Virus record (IMG/VR): IMGVR_UViG_3300029288_000067
Span: 160,067-224,066 of that record
Length of the DNA: 64,000 nt
From: a virus
Lineage: Duplodnaviria; Caudoviricetes
Strand: one strand, 5' to 3'
The notes under the pieces were generated by a model. It was not told where the DNA came from and ran no database searches. It was given only the letters and a program-made list of their open reading frames with translations. A program made the position numbers and the translations under genes. Positions within the stretch are counted from its first letter, which is position 1; every line of letters begins with the position of its first letter. Below are positions 31,803-42,169 of this stretch, piece after piece.

Positions 31803-32990
31803 TTGAATATGTTATATTTGCATGACCTAAATTTGGATCAGAATGAGTTACAAAGTGCGGTTATTGAAAATCGTGCTTCGGCTCCAACCTCTCCGGCCCC
31901 TATTGCGGGGCAAATATACTTCAACACAACCACAAACAAGTTTTATGTGTTTGATGGTACAAGCTGGATTACTTTTGATTCTGGTGCTGTTACATCTATT
32001 ACTGCTAATGCCCCTCTTTCTGCTAACACTCCTAGCGGTGCAGTTACTCTTTCAATTGCAGATGCAACAACTACAACCGTTGGTGTAATTAAACTTGCGG
32101 GGGATTTGGGGGGAACTGGTCTTCTTCCAACTGTTGAATCCGTAGGTGGAGCATCTAAAGCTAACATCGCAGATGCAGTAACAAAAAGACACACTCAAAA
32201 CACAGATACTGGAACCACTGCAACTTCTTTCCAGATTGATTCTGGAAATTCTGGTCCTCGTCTTTTCAACAACGGGGGTATTGCAGAAATTCGCAATGCC
32301 GCAAATTCTGCTCTTGCAAATCTTCGCTGTAATGATTTGGCTGTTGAAGGAACCCTCACATACTTGCATTCCACTGAAGTGTTTATCGGGGATCAATATG
32401 TTGTTCTGAATGCACAGGTTCTTGAGTCTACAAACAACAGTAATGGCGGTTTTGAGGTTAGAAGACTTATTGCTGATGCAGTAGGAACAGGAACTATTTC
32501 AGGATCTTTAGTAACAATAACCGGGGTTAGCACTACTTTCTTGACGGATCTTGCTATTGGGGACGTTCTTATTTTTGGGGCACAGCGAAGAACGGTTATT
32601 GACGTTGCTTCTGATACCTCTCTTACTGTTGATGAAGCATTCAATCCTCAACCATCCACTTCTGCATATTCCTTTGCAAAACAAGCAAATGCCCGAATTT
32701 TCTTCGATGTTACGTCCAATATTTGGAGAGTTATCGATGGAACCACTGCGGCTCCACAAACCTTCAGCATTGCCCGTAAACATTCTGCTTCCGTGGGTGA
32801 TGGATCTGCTCTAACATACGTGGTAACACATAATCTCAACACACGAGATGTGCAAGTTAATTTCTATCAGACTGCCTCACCGTATGCAATGGTAATGACC
32901 GATTGGGAAGCCACCTCAGTAAGTACAATTACAGTTAAATTCAAGAAAGCACCGACAAGTAATCAGTACCGTGTTGTAATTACCGGATAA
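31803..32990 (+). CDS. tail fibre protein
   Basis: GQIYFNT, C-terminal VTHNLNTRDV...YRVVITG. Confidence 0.75.
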   Translation: MNMLYLHDLNLDQNELQSAVIENRASAPTSPAPIAGQIYFNTTTNKFYVFDGTSWITFDSGAVTSITANAPLSANTPSGAVTLSIADATTTTVGVIKLAGDLGGTGLLPTVESVGGASKANIADAVTKRHTQNTDTGTTATSFQIDSGNSGPRLFNNGGIAEIRNAANSALANLRCNDLAVEGTLTYLHSTEVFIGDQYVVLNAQVLESTNNSNGGFEVRRLIADAVGTGTISGSLVTITGVSTTFLTDLAIGDVLIFGAQRRTVIDVASDTSLTVDEAFNPQPSTSAYSFAKQANARIFFDVTSNIWRVIDGTTAAPQTFSIARKHSASVGDGSALTYVVTHNLNTRDVQVNFYQTASPYAMVMTDWEATSVSTITVKFKKAPTSNQYRVVITG

Positions 32991-33003
32991 TGTGACAAAT
33001 GAT

Positions 33004-33045
33004 GGGTGCCCATGAAGTCTTAAAAGCTTTGTGGGCACCCCTTTT
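33004..33045 (+). terminator. intrinsic terminator
   Basis: GGGTGCCCATGAAG/CTTTGTGGGCACCC followed by a T-run. Confidence 0.6.
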
Positions 33046-33064
33046 TAATCGAAAGGATACAAAT

Positions 33065-33319
33065 ATGCCCATTACATTCAATAAAACCCAGACTAAAGCC
33101 CCAACAAATCTTTCTGCGGATACCGCACCTCTTGAAAATGTTTCTGCAATTGTTAAAAGTTCTGTTGGGTTGAAGTTCAGCAATGGATATGAGTTCAACA
33201 TTATCTTTCAAAATAAAAAGATGATAGTTTCCGCAACAATAGAAGGAAAAGAAGCTTTTTATCTGGATGATATTCCACAAGAATTCATTGACTCCCTAAA
33301 ATCTTTGTTGGACAAATGA
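33065..33319 (+). CDS. hypothetical protein
   Basis: Start moved to MPITFNK, after the terminator and an AAGGA RBS. Confidence 0.55.
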   Translation: MPITFNKTQTKAPTNLSADTAPLENVSAIVKSSVGLKFSNGYEFNIIFQNKKMIVSATIEGKEAFYLDDIPQEFIDSLKSLLDK

Positions 33320-33843
33320 AATTTTTAAATGATATTGATTCTGATCAAAATGAAGTTACACAACATAGACTTCATAACCTTTCTTCGCCCCCGGGAACCC
33401 CTGTTGTAGGACAGATTTATTATGACACGGCATATAACCGTTCTTATATATGGAATGGGACTGTGTGGGTTGAGATAACCAGAAATAATGCCTATGATTT
33501 GTATACTACTACAGGAACAACCACATCCACTACCTTTTCGGCATATCGGACGTGGACAACTCCTATAATTGTTGCGGGGACATATAGGATTGGTTGGTCA
33601 TTATTGTGGCAACATTCTACGGCAAATCAAAACTCGGAATTTAAAGTTACTGTGGATGGAGCATCGATTTGGAATTCAATTGTGAGAAACCCACAGGCCA
33701 ATGTGTTGAGACAATCTATAACAGCTTTTGACTATATTGTTTTTCCAACAACTACAACATATTCTATTGCTTTAAATTTTAGAATTACTGGATCTGGAAC
33801 ATTATCCGTTTTTGAAAATTCTTTTGAATTGACTGGGTTTTAA
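33316..33843 (+). CDS. short fibre protein
   Basis: N-terminus paralogous to the 31803 product. Confidence 0.7.
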   Translation: MKFLNDIDSDQNEVTQHRLHNLSSPPGTPVVGQIYYDTAYNRSYIWNGTVWVEITRNNAYDLYTTTGTTTSTTFSAYRTWTTPIIVAGTYRIGWSLLWQHSTANQNSEFKVTVDGASIWNSIVRNPQANVLRQSITAFDYIVFPTTTTYSIALNFRITGSGTLSVFENSFELTGF

Positions 33844-33845
33844 AT

Positions 33846-34526
33846 ATGGGCAACTCTTATTACTTCACACAAACAATAAATTCAGACCGATTGAATTTAG
33901 AGATATCTTCGCACCCAACTTTTGCTTCTTATACTATTGAAGGAATTTTAACTTCCGAGGAAAATGTTGAGATTTTGTTCACTGAAGAATTGACACCCGA
34001 AGAAGAAAATACACTTCTTTCAATTGTTTCGGCACATAATCCTGCACCTCTTCCTGATCCGGGGGTATATGGTGCTGATTCATATTGTGTGGATATTGAT
34101 CAATGGACATGGAATGGAACTACATATTTTGCAAACATAGAGCATAATACCCTCACTTCGGATGTTATCGTACAAGCTTTTTCTAAAGCAAATAATAAAA
34201 CGGTCTTATTGGGAGATATTGAAAGAATATCCAATAACATTTTACGGATTTTCTCTTCAACAAATACAGATACTCTTAGAATTGTTGTGTTGAAAACTGC
34301 AAGATTAAAACACAATGATCTTATTTCTTCTTGGACATATCTTAATTCCTTGTTTTACTCTGATGTATCTCATAATTTTGGCACTCTCGATGTTATTGTT
34401 GATACATATTCTTCTGAGACAAATAAAACTGTTTTTGTGGAAGAAGTGGAACGGTTAAATGTAAACACAGTAAGAATTTGGGTTCAAATTGAGGAAGATG
34501 TGAAAGTGTCTGTTGTTTGCCCATAA
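33846..34526 (+). CDS. fibre-associated protein
   Basis: Internal duplication HN(T/F)xTxDVIV...NKTV. Confidence 0.7.
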   Translation: MGNSYYFTQTINSDRLNLEISSHPTFASYTIEGILTSEENVEILFTEELTPEEENTLLSIVSAHNPAPLPDPGVYGADSYCVDIDQWTWNGTTYFANIEHNTLTSDVIVQAFSKANNKTVLLGDIERISNNILRIFSSTNTDTLRIVVLKTARLKHNDLISSWTYLNSLFYSDVSHNFGTLDVIVDTYSSETNKTVFVEEVERLNVNTVRIWVQIEEDVKVSVVCP

Positions 34527-34589
34527 CTCTTAATCCTATTTAATAGGAATTGGGAAAATTCCCGAATAAGGCAGTAAGAAAGGCTTGAT

Positions 34590-37500
34590 ATGAAAGTAAA
34601 AGGTAAATTTAATTTTGAAGCAAAACCCCAATTTAATGGGGTTGATTTGTTGGCTACTGGCGATATCACTAAAACAACTTTGGGCTTATCTAATGTAGAT
34701 AATACTAGTGACACAAACAAGCCTATTTCTACTTTACAACAAGATGCTTTGGATCTTTTGAATTCACGAATAAAATTTAATACTTCTTCTTGTTTAATTT
34801 CTGGTGGAAATATTTCCGTAAATCTTACAGATCCTTCTAAATTTGATGTTGAGGCGGGTACTGGGATAGTTGTTGACAATTATACAAATCCCGAAAACCC
34901 AACATTATTATTAGTGGAGTGGAATACCACTACGGGAATTTCTACTCCTTATCTATCTACGGCAGATTCCAGCTATATCTATGTGAATGCGGAGGGGAAC
35001 ATTAATTGTAAAGAAATAGCTCTGGATGCAATTGAACGTCGTTATTTAATTTCTCTTGGGTGGGTTGATCATGCAGACCGAGAAAGTATTACGGCATTTG
35101 GTCTTCAACCAGATGTTGCCTTCGCAATTGCTTCCCAATTTCAGGATTTGATTCAAGCACAAGGGGTTTTTAATGTTCAAGGAAACACCTATGCAGCACA
35201 TACCGGTCTTACTCTTAAAAGGTCTGCTGGTTCCACATTTGAACCAAACGTTAACTATGTAAATGAGCCAAGATCCCCTCACATTATTTCTACCCCTGAA
35301 GAAACTTCTATTAATATTTTATATTCATATAGACTTGCAACTCCGGGGGAATGGGAAAATGGATCTCCTTTAGTTTCTACTGTAGATCCAAATAATTGGG
35401 ATGATGGTTCGGGAACTCTTCAACAAGTGCCTACTGGAATGTGGACGGCTCAAATTATTTCATTTTATGCAGGATACTCCGCAAATGATATTCAATATGG
35501 GCAAGGGGTGTTTAATACAAAGGAAGAAGCAATAAATTCGATTTCAAACACAATTGAATTAAATCCTTGGAATTCTATTTGGGATACATATCGAGCAATC
35601 TTGATTGTAAAGCAAGGTGCAACAGATTTAACAAATGAAAATCAAGCAGTTTTTATAGATAGGGGTAAAGAAGGGGTTTTGGAGACTCTTTTGCATAATT
35701 CCTATAATCTACCATATCATAGTCATCTTGCAGGTATTGAGGGATCTTATCCAACAATAACACAAGGTACGGGAGAAAATGAGGGAAAAGTTTCTATCTC
35801 TTCCGCAGTTGTTTGGTTTTATTCCGATGAAAATAGATTATCTATGGTTCGTAAACAGATTATTGGAGGATCATGGATTACCCTTACTGAAAATGCTACA
35901 CATTATGTTTGTGCAGATAGAATTACTTCAGATTGGGCCATTTTATTGAGTAAAGATAGTATTGATTATCTTAGATATATTCCGTTTTATATGGTTTTCA
36001 TTCGAAGTGGTAGTAGTTTGCCTCATTTTCAAGAAATTTCTTTACCCATACACGGAGAAGTTGAAAACAATCACCACCGACTTCTTTTTTCTGGAGAACG
36101 ATATAGACTTGAGGAGGGTTCTTTTACATCAGTAACAATTAACTCTTCATTAGAGCTATCATTAAGCCCCGGAAATGTCTGGGTTGCAAATAAAAGATAT
36201 TCTATCCCCGCTGTGACACAAAGTACTCGAACTTATACCTGTGTTAATACTGGGTCGGATTATTCCATCACAGATGAAACGGCGCATCCTTTCAACAACA
36301 CTCAATATAATGGTCCTACAGGACTCGTAACAATGACCTCCGGGTATTGGAAAAGTTCTTATCTGTATCGAGGAATTGAAGACCGGGATCATTTATATGT
36401 TATTATGAGTTCTTCTGAATATGAAACACCTGTTTTAGCACAAGCAGATAATTCCACCCCCACTCCTCCAGAGCTTGTAAACTCACATGCATATTTTTTA
36501 GGAAGAGTTATATCTCAAAAAGATGCAACTTCCGGATTTATTTTTGAATCCTCAACAGCTACAAAATTCACGGGGGCAGCAGCAATTACATCTCATGGAT
36601 CATTATCAGGTCTTTCTAATAATGATCATCCCCAATATCAATTAATTTCAGCAAAAGGGTCTCCTTCTGGATATTGTGGGTTGAATTCAAATTCAAAAGT
36701 TTCTTCCACAAATCTGGACTTTGGAACTACTGCAACAACATCTTGTATTGGGAATGATTCTCGGTTATCTAATTCAAGAACCCCAACCGCCCACGCTTCT
36801 ACACACACAAATGGTACCGATGATATTCAAAATGCCACAGCCTCTCAAAAAGGGTTAGCAACTGCCGCTCAAATAACAAAATTAGATGCTATCCCTACTC
36901 TTGGAACTTCTTGTACAAAAAATATCCCGGCTTCTGGAAATGCCTCTGTAACGGAGGTAGTCTATGGAACAGATACCCGACTCACAAACTCTCGAACCCC
37001 TACATCTCATGCAGGAACACATTTACCCGGGGGTGTGGATGCTTTGGTAAGAACCGTTACGGTTACTGCCGGAACTACATATCCAATCCTCGACACCGAT
37101 GATATTGTTTTGGTTTCTTCTGGATGGCAGACAATTGTAAATCTTCCAACGGCTGTGGGTAAAACAGGTAAAACATATTTGGTAAAGTTGATGGATGCAA
37201 ATTCCTTTCCAATTGTTCCTTTTGGCTCTGAAACAATAGATGGTGTTGCCGGAAACTTAACTTTGCAATACTTAGAATCTGTTCATCTTGTTTCCGATGG
37301 CACAAATTGGAGTCGAATTTCATACGATCTTTACAATCATATTCGGTTTAAGTGGTCACAAGGCGGGGATACCACAACTTCTACATCTTTTTTAGGAACC
37401 ACATCCAACCAACAATTGAATATTGGTCAGAATTCTATTTCGAGAATTCAACTCTTAACAACAGGGGTTGTCAATATTCCTGGGGCTCTTCTTGCAAATC

Positions 37501-37868
37501 CTATTCTTGGAATATTTAATGATTCCGTTTCTGAAAATGTAACAAGAACCACTACATCAACTTCTTATACTGTAATGACAAATATGACAATTACTCCAGG
37601 AGCGGGAACATATTTAGCATTATTTTCTGCAGATTACCTTTCGAGTTCTTCTGTTCAAGTGCTTACTTATGCAATACATGTTAATGGAGTAAGAGAAGAA
37701 GGATCTACGAGAATGAACCGAACTTCCAGCACTTCAATACGAGCCAATCTACAAACATTTGCTATTGTTACGGTTACTGCAGGACAAGCAATAGATTTGC
37801 GTTGGTTGGTAAGCAATGGAACTGCAACCTCTTTTGGGCATAGCTTATCTCTTTTGAGATTATCATAA
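34590..37868 (+). CDS. long tail fibre protein
   Basis: GLSNVDNTSDTNKPIST, GNDSRLSNSRTPTAH repeats, LPTAVG..GKTY. Confidence 0.8.
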   Translation: MKVKGKFNFEAKPQFNGVDLLATGDITKTTLGLSNVDNTSDTNKPISTLQQDALDLLNSRIKFNTSSCLISGGNISVNLTDPSKFDVEAGTGIVVDNYTNPENPTLLLVEWNTTTGISTPYLSTADSSYIYVNAEGNINCKEIALDAIERRYLISLGWVDHADRESITAFGLQPDVAFAIASQFQDLIQAQGVFNVQGNTYAAHTGLTLKRSAGSTFEPNVNYVNEPRSPHIISTPEETSINILYSYRLATPGEWENGSPLVSTVDPNNWDDGSGTLQQVPTGMWTAQIISFYAGYSANDIQYGQGVFNTKEEAINSISNTIELNPWNSIWDTYRAILIVKQGATDLTNENQAVFIDRGKEGVLETLLHNSYNLPYHSHLAGIEGSYPTITQGTGENEGKVSISSAVVWFYSDENRLSMVRKQIIGGSWITLTENATHYVCADRITSDWAILLSKDSIDYLRYIPFYMVFIRSGSSLPHFQEISLPIHGEVENNHHRLLFSGERYRLEEGSFTSVTINSSLELSLSPGNVWVANKRYSIPAVTQSTRTYTCVNTGSDYSITDETAHPFNNTQYNGPTGLVTMTSGYWKSSYLYRGIEDRDHLYVIMSSSEYETPVLAQADNSTPTPPELVNSHAYFLGRVISQKDATSGFIFESSTATKFTGAAAITSHGSLSGLSNNDHPQYQLISAKGSPSGYCGLNSNSKVSSTNLDFGTTATTSCIGNDSRLSNSRTPTAHASTHTNGTDDIQNATASQKGLATAAQITKLDAIPTLGTSCTKNIPASGNASVTEVVYGTDTRLTNSRTPTSHAGTHLPGGVDALVRTVTVTAGTTYPILDTDDIVLVSSGWQTIVNLPTAVGKTGKTYLVKLMDANSFPIVPFGSETIDGVAGNLTLQYLESVHLVSDGTNWSRISYDLYNHIRFKWSQGGDTTTSTSFLGTTSNQQLNIGQNSISRIQLLTTGVVNIPGALLANPILGIFNDSVSENVTRTTTSTSYTVMTNMTITPGAGTYLALFSADYLSSSSVQVLTYAIHVNGVREEGSTRMNRTSSTSIRANLQTFAIVTVTAGQAIDLRWLVSNGTATSFGHSLSLLRLS

Positions 37869-37881
37869 AAGGATCATTGAT

Positions 37882-38853
37882 ATGTCTATAAAATATTCTC
37901 TTTTAATTTCTACAACCCCAAATAATTCTATCAATTCAGATCGTTTGGCAGATGAGATTCGAAAATCTGAAATATCGGTTGCATTGGATTACATTGAAAC
38001 AGATGCAACCACAGTAGATATTTGGATGAAAGCCTCTTTATCTGTTGAAGAAGAAGCTATTTTGCAAAATGTTGTGTATACTCACTCTGGTTTGGAATTA
38101 GTGGAACAAGTATATTCCACTAATGATATTTATACAACACTTGCAAAAGTAAACGCAATTCGCCGGGAAATAAATGCTCCTTTGTATGCCACCGCAAAAG
38201 TTAAGTTTGGGTTGGTAACATTAATGGATGTTTTTTGTGTCACTTCTGAAGGGATTAAATTTCATGTAGATGGTGGGATGCTTGACAATTCTTCGGAATG
38301 GATTGCAGTTCAGAGTTTTGTGAATCTCCCCATTAAACTCTATGACAAACGAATTGTCTCACACAATCTTGCAGATTCTACGGCATGGACACAAACACCG
38401 GGAAGCTCCCTGTTTGTTATTACTCCGGATCCGGGATCAAAATTTATATTGACACACTCTATTGTAAGATTCCCGGATAATTTGAAGATTGTACCCACAA
38501 ACAAATTGTACTATCAAGTTTTTCTTTCTCTTGATAATGTTACCCCCCCAACACAACCAGTAATTTCTCTTGTGTATGAGAAAGTAACGGATCTATTTAG
38601 AAAAGCAACAGCACCTTTTGTTGTTGCCCCCGCAATTGTCCCGGAGTTGGGAACAAATAAAGTTGTGGAAGTTTTATTTCAATATGCAGACCCACACACC
38701 TTAAAAGGATCCCCAATTACTCTTCGAGCCTCTCTTGGAGAAAAAATACAGGTTTATTTGGAAGGAAATACTCCATTCTTGGATATTGATGACAACCCTA
38801 TTCTTCAAGAATGCACAATTGCAATGAATTTTAGAAAAACTGTGGAATTTTAA
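37882..38853 (+). CDS. fibre-associated protein
   Basis: N-terminus similar to the 33846 product (INSDRL..EI). Confidence 0.65.
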   Translation: MSIKYSLLISTTPNNSINSDRLADEIRKSEISVALDYIETDATTVDIWMKASLSVEEEAILQNVVYTHSGLELVEQVYSTNDIYTTLAKVNAIRREINAPLYATAKVKFGLVTLMDVFCVTSEGIKFHVDGGMLDNSSEWIAVQSFVNLPIKLYDKRIVSHNLADSTAWTQTPGSSLFVITPDPGSKFILTHSIVRFPDNLKIVPTNKLYYQVFLSLDNVTPPTQPVISLVYEKVTDLFRKATAPFVVAPAIVPELGTNKVVEVLFQYADPHTLKGSPITLRASLGEKIQVYLEGNTPFLDIDDNPILQECTIAMNFRKTVEF

Positions 38854-38868
38854 AAAAGGGATACGTGT

Positions 38869-39360
38869 ATGAGCTTTATCATTCCCGACAAAATAAATCC
38901 AGGGTACTTAGTGGCAACAACTGGTATTTATTCTCCCTTGTCTTTCGGCATCCGAAAGTTTTTGGACTGTGATTATTCTCATAATGCCATTTATATTGGG
39001 AATGGTGAAATAATTGAATCCGATTGGGGCGGGGTTGTAATAAACCCTCTTTCCAAATATTTGGATAATAAATGGTATCGAACAAAAATTTTTGATACCA
39101 AACTATCTTATGAGCAATCTACAAAGCTGGTTAATTTTGCAAAAGGGCTCCTGAAAGAAGAATATGATTATTCTGTTGTTCTTGGGTATCTTTTTTCCAA
39201 AATTTGGCGACGATCTCGACAGATGAGGGCTTTGTGGAATACTACCACAGGATGGACTTGTTCTGAATTTGCCGCAACTTGTTATGCTCATGCTGGGGTG
39301 GAGTTTAAATTACCCCTAGCACAAATCACCCCAAAGGATTTAATCGGACACTTTTCTTGA
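38869..39360 (+). CDS. permuted papain-like NlpC/P60 (YiiX/YebB-type) protein
   Basis: YSHNAIY (His) precedes TCSEFA (Cys); YD and ITPKDL motifs. Confidence 0.85.
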   Translation: MSFIIPDKINPGYLVATTGIYSPLSFGIRKFLDCDYSHNAIYIGNGEIIESDWGGVVINPLSKYLDNKWYRTKIFDTKLSYEQSTKLVNFAKGLLKEEYDYSVVLGYLFSKIWRRSRQMRALWNTTTGWTCSEFAATCYAHAGVEFKLPLAQITPKDLIGHFS

Positions 39361-39382
39361 TCTCCTCCTCACACCTCCAGTT

Positions 39383-41143
39383 TTGGCTGCAAGAAATTTT
39401 TTTCTTGCAGTCTTTTTTATACCTGTGGTATCCTTTTTCAATTATCATTCGGGGAATTTCGTGGAAACAATTAGTCTTGAAGTAAAGAAGCCGTGGGAAA
39501 ACTTTCAGTTGGTCCGAATTCCCGAAATGAAAGAAAACATCAAGTTTTATGATTTTCAAGCATATGCAATATACCAAGCTTTAAATAAATCCCGGTATAT
39601 TCTTGGATTTGCTACTGGGTTGGGAAAATCAATTACTTCTCTTGCCACTTTTTTCTATTATCGAAAAGTATATCCCAACACAAAATTGTTGATCATAACA
39701 AAAACTTCGGCAATGTACCAATTTGCTGAAGAAACAGATAAATTTTTCAATCATGGGTTAAATATCCGGGTTGCTCATGCCTCCTCGAAAGAATTGAAGA
39801 ATAAAAAGAATTACAAGAATCTTCGAAAAGAATTGTTCTTGTCTTGGGGGAGTATTTCATCTGCCCCGGAGATTATTGTCACAAATTATCCCATGTTAAG
39901 GATTGAAAAAGAAACAATACAGTCTGCGGTTTGTTCTCTGCGTAAAGCAGGGCATCAGGTTTTTCTTGTCCTGGATGAAGCAACAATGTTCAAGAATCTT
40001 GCCTCACAGACCTCAAAAGCCGTGTATACAATCCAGAGTTATTGTGAAAGAGTATTATCTCTCACAGCAACCCTCACAAAAGGCAAGATTGAGGAGATGT
40101 ACAATCTTTTCAAGGGTGTGGGTTTGTTGCTGGCACAAAACAAGAAAGAATTTGAAAAGCAATACTGTATTATTTGGCAGCATCCTCAATATTTTTACAT
40201 CCGGTCTATCCAGGGATACAAAAACATTGAAACCTTGAAATTTAAAATAGAGCCCTATTCTTTGATTGTTAAAAAATCAGATGCTGGGGCATCTTTGCCA
40301 AAGTTCCAATTTCAGAAGAGGATATTGGAACACTCCGAAGAACAAATGGAATTGATAAAGGAGATTTATACGGGCCTATTGAATACCTCCAATGACCCTA
40401 TTGATTTTTCAAATATTACTGCAATGGGGGATTTAAAAGATGCAAAAATTCTTCAACAATTATCTGAGACAGGGTATGTAAAACGGGCTCTTATTTCCCC
40501 AGAAATTGTTGCCCCGGATCGATTTCAAGAAAATTGCCCGAAAACAGTAGAAATACTGGAAATGTTGGAAGAAGAATTCTCGGATGAAAAAATTGTCATA
40601 TACACCCCCTCCAAGAAATATTTGAAAATACTGAAAAAAGAGATATCTGCTTGCAAAAGTTTGCCGGATCATTACCGACACCCCTTTGAGATTTGTGGGG
40701 ATGTTTCTCCGGAAGTTCGATATGAGTATCAGCAAAAGTTTTCTCAACCCGAGGGAAACCACAATATCATGATTATTGATAATGCCGGGACCGAGGCGAT
40801 AAATCTGCAAGCTGCCTCGGTTATGATTATCACATCCCTTCCAGATACCGCTGGGGATCTTCTGCAGTTGGTCGGAAGAATAAGACGTATCGGCAGTAAA
40901 CACACAAATTTGTTGCTTATTTACCTCTTGCATGAAAACTCTCAGGATATGATAGAATACCAAATTGTAATGCAACAATTGCTTCTTTTCCAAGGAATTC
41001 ATGGGGAGTCCGAAGAAGGGTTGTTGGATCTACAGGCAATAAAGGGGAAGGACTCAGATATCTCCGACGAAGATTTTGTGAGCAAGAGTGTACAGTATCT
41101 TATCCTTAAAAAACGAGAAAGTCTTGCAAAACAATATATTTGA
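39383..41143 (+). CDS. SNF2-family helicase/translocase
   Basis: TGLGKS, LDEAT, TATL, AINLQAAS, QLVGRIRRIG; the true start is probably downstream. Confidence 0.9.
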   Translation: MAARNFFLAVFFIPVVSFFNYHSGNFVETISLEVKKPWENFQLVRIPEMKENIKFYDFQAYAIYQALNKSRYILGFATGLGKSITSLATFFYYRKVYPNTKLLIITKTSAMYQFAEETDKFFNHGLNIRVAHASSKELKNKKNYKNLRKELFLSWGSISSAPEIIVTNYPMLRIEKETIQSAVCSLRKAGHQVFLVLDEATMFKNLASQTSKAVYTIQSYCERVLSLTATLTKGKIEEMYNLFKGVGLLLAQNKKEFEKQYCIIWQHPQYFYIRSIQGYKNIETLKFKIEPYSLIVKKSDAGASLPKFQFQKRILEHSEEQMELIKEIYTGLLNTSNDPIDFSNITAMGDLKDAKILQQLSETGYVKRALISPEIVAPDRFQENCPKTVEILEMLEEEFSDEKIVIYTPSKKYLKILKKEISACKSLPDHYRHPFEICGDVSPEVRYEYQQKFSQPEGNHNIMIIDNAGTEAINLQAASVMIITSLPDTAGDLLQLVGRIRRIGSKHTNLLLIYLLHENSQDMIEYQIVMQQLLLFQGIHGESEEGLLDLQAIKGKDSDISDEDFVSKSVQYLILKKRESLAKQYI

Positions 41144-41179
41144 TGGTAAAATCCCTGAAAATACAGAAAAGGCAGGAAT

Positions 41180-42169
41180 ATGGTAGAAGATTCTTCTAAT
41201 TTTGAAGAGAGTGTTTCTGAGCCGGTACGTTACAGTCCCTTGCAAAGGGTTTTACCCAATATTGTTCCGGATATTAATTGTCCGCAGTGTAAAGGACAAG
41301 GGGTGGTATATTCTTCTTCCGGGGAAGTTTTGGATTGCCCCTGTAAAATCATCCGAAAGAAACGAGCGTATTTGACTCCACAATATGCAGACGCCTATTG
41401 GAATAAAGATCTTGATATTTCCAAGTTGCAGGGAAAAAATTTGATCTTGGAGTGCAATCGCCCTACTTTTCAATCCTTCGTGAAATCCTTTTTGTTGAAC
41501 TCCGAAAGGGAGTATCACCACTACACTATTTTTGGGAATGCATTGTTTCAATTTTACTTTTCCGCAAGGGAGTCTAAGGATTGGGCCAATCTTTGTGAAA
41601 AGGTTGATATTGTCATCCTTATGCTAACTCATGATGCCAACAATAAAATGTATGGCTCAATTCTTACTCAATTTTTAGAGAAACGTATTTTATTGAAATT
41701 ACCGGTATGGATTTTCGCCCCGCAAGGAAGATTGTCCGAAGATTTTCAAACAAAATATTCTCTTTCTTTTTCCTCCTATCTGGAAGATTGCAGAAGAACG
41801 GTGGATTTGGTGTTGGTAACGTATAGTTTGGCAACAAAAGCTTCTTCGGTGGAAACAAAAGAAAAGGTCCCCGAAAGCCCAATTATCCCCGTAGAAGAGA
41901 AAAAAGAGATTGCCCCTGTGGAAACTCCCCCGAGAATTATTCCCACCGTGGAGCCCCCTCCGGCAAGTGTTGAACCTCCCCCAGTAGAAACCCTCTCGGA
42001 GGGCACACAGGAAGACGAGAATGAGGAAGAGAATGAGGAAGATAGTTTTGAAAAAAAGAAAAAGGGGAGACCGGCAGGGAGTAAAAATAAACCCCGAGAT
42101 AAACCGAAAGAAAAAAAGCCCTTCATCAATAAAACTAAGGAATATAAAGAAAAGAGTTCTCCGGAATGA
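41180..42169 (+). CDS. Zn-finger protein, degenerate DnaC/helicase-loader-like
   Basis: CPQC...CPC, adjacent to the DnaB-like gene; no intact Walker A; Pro/acidic tail. Confidence 0.5.
   Translation: MVEDSSNFEESVSEPVRYSPLQRVLPNIVPDINCPQCKGQGVVYSSSGEVLDCPCKIIRKKRAYLTPQYADAYWNKDLDISKLQGKNLILECNRPTFQSFVKSFLLNSEREYHHYTIFGNALFQFYFSARESKDWANLCEKVDIVILMLTHDANNKMYGSILTQFLEKRILLKLPVWIFAPQGRLSEDFQTKYSLSFSSYLEDCRRTVDLVLVTYSLATKASSVETKEKVPESPIIPVEEKKEIAPVETPPRIIPTVEPPPASVEPPPVETLSEGTQEDENEEENEEDSFEKKKKGRPAGSKNKPRDKPKEKKPFINKTKEYKEKSSPE

Noticed and set aside
16840-37868. Diversity-generating retroelement or invertase switching of tail fibres
   Set aside because: No reverse transcriptase, recombinase or adenine-variable repeat pair was seen in the window.
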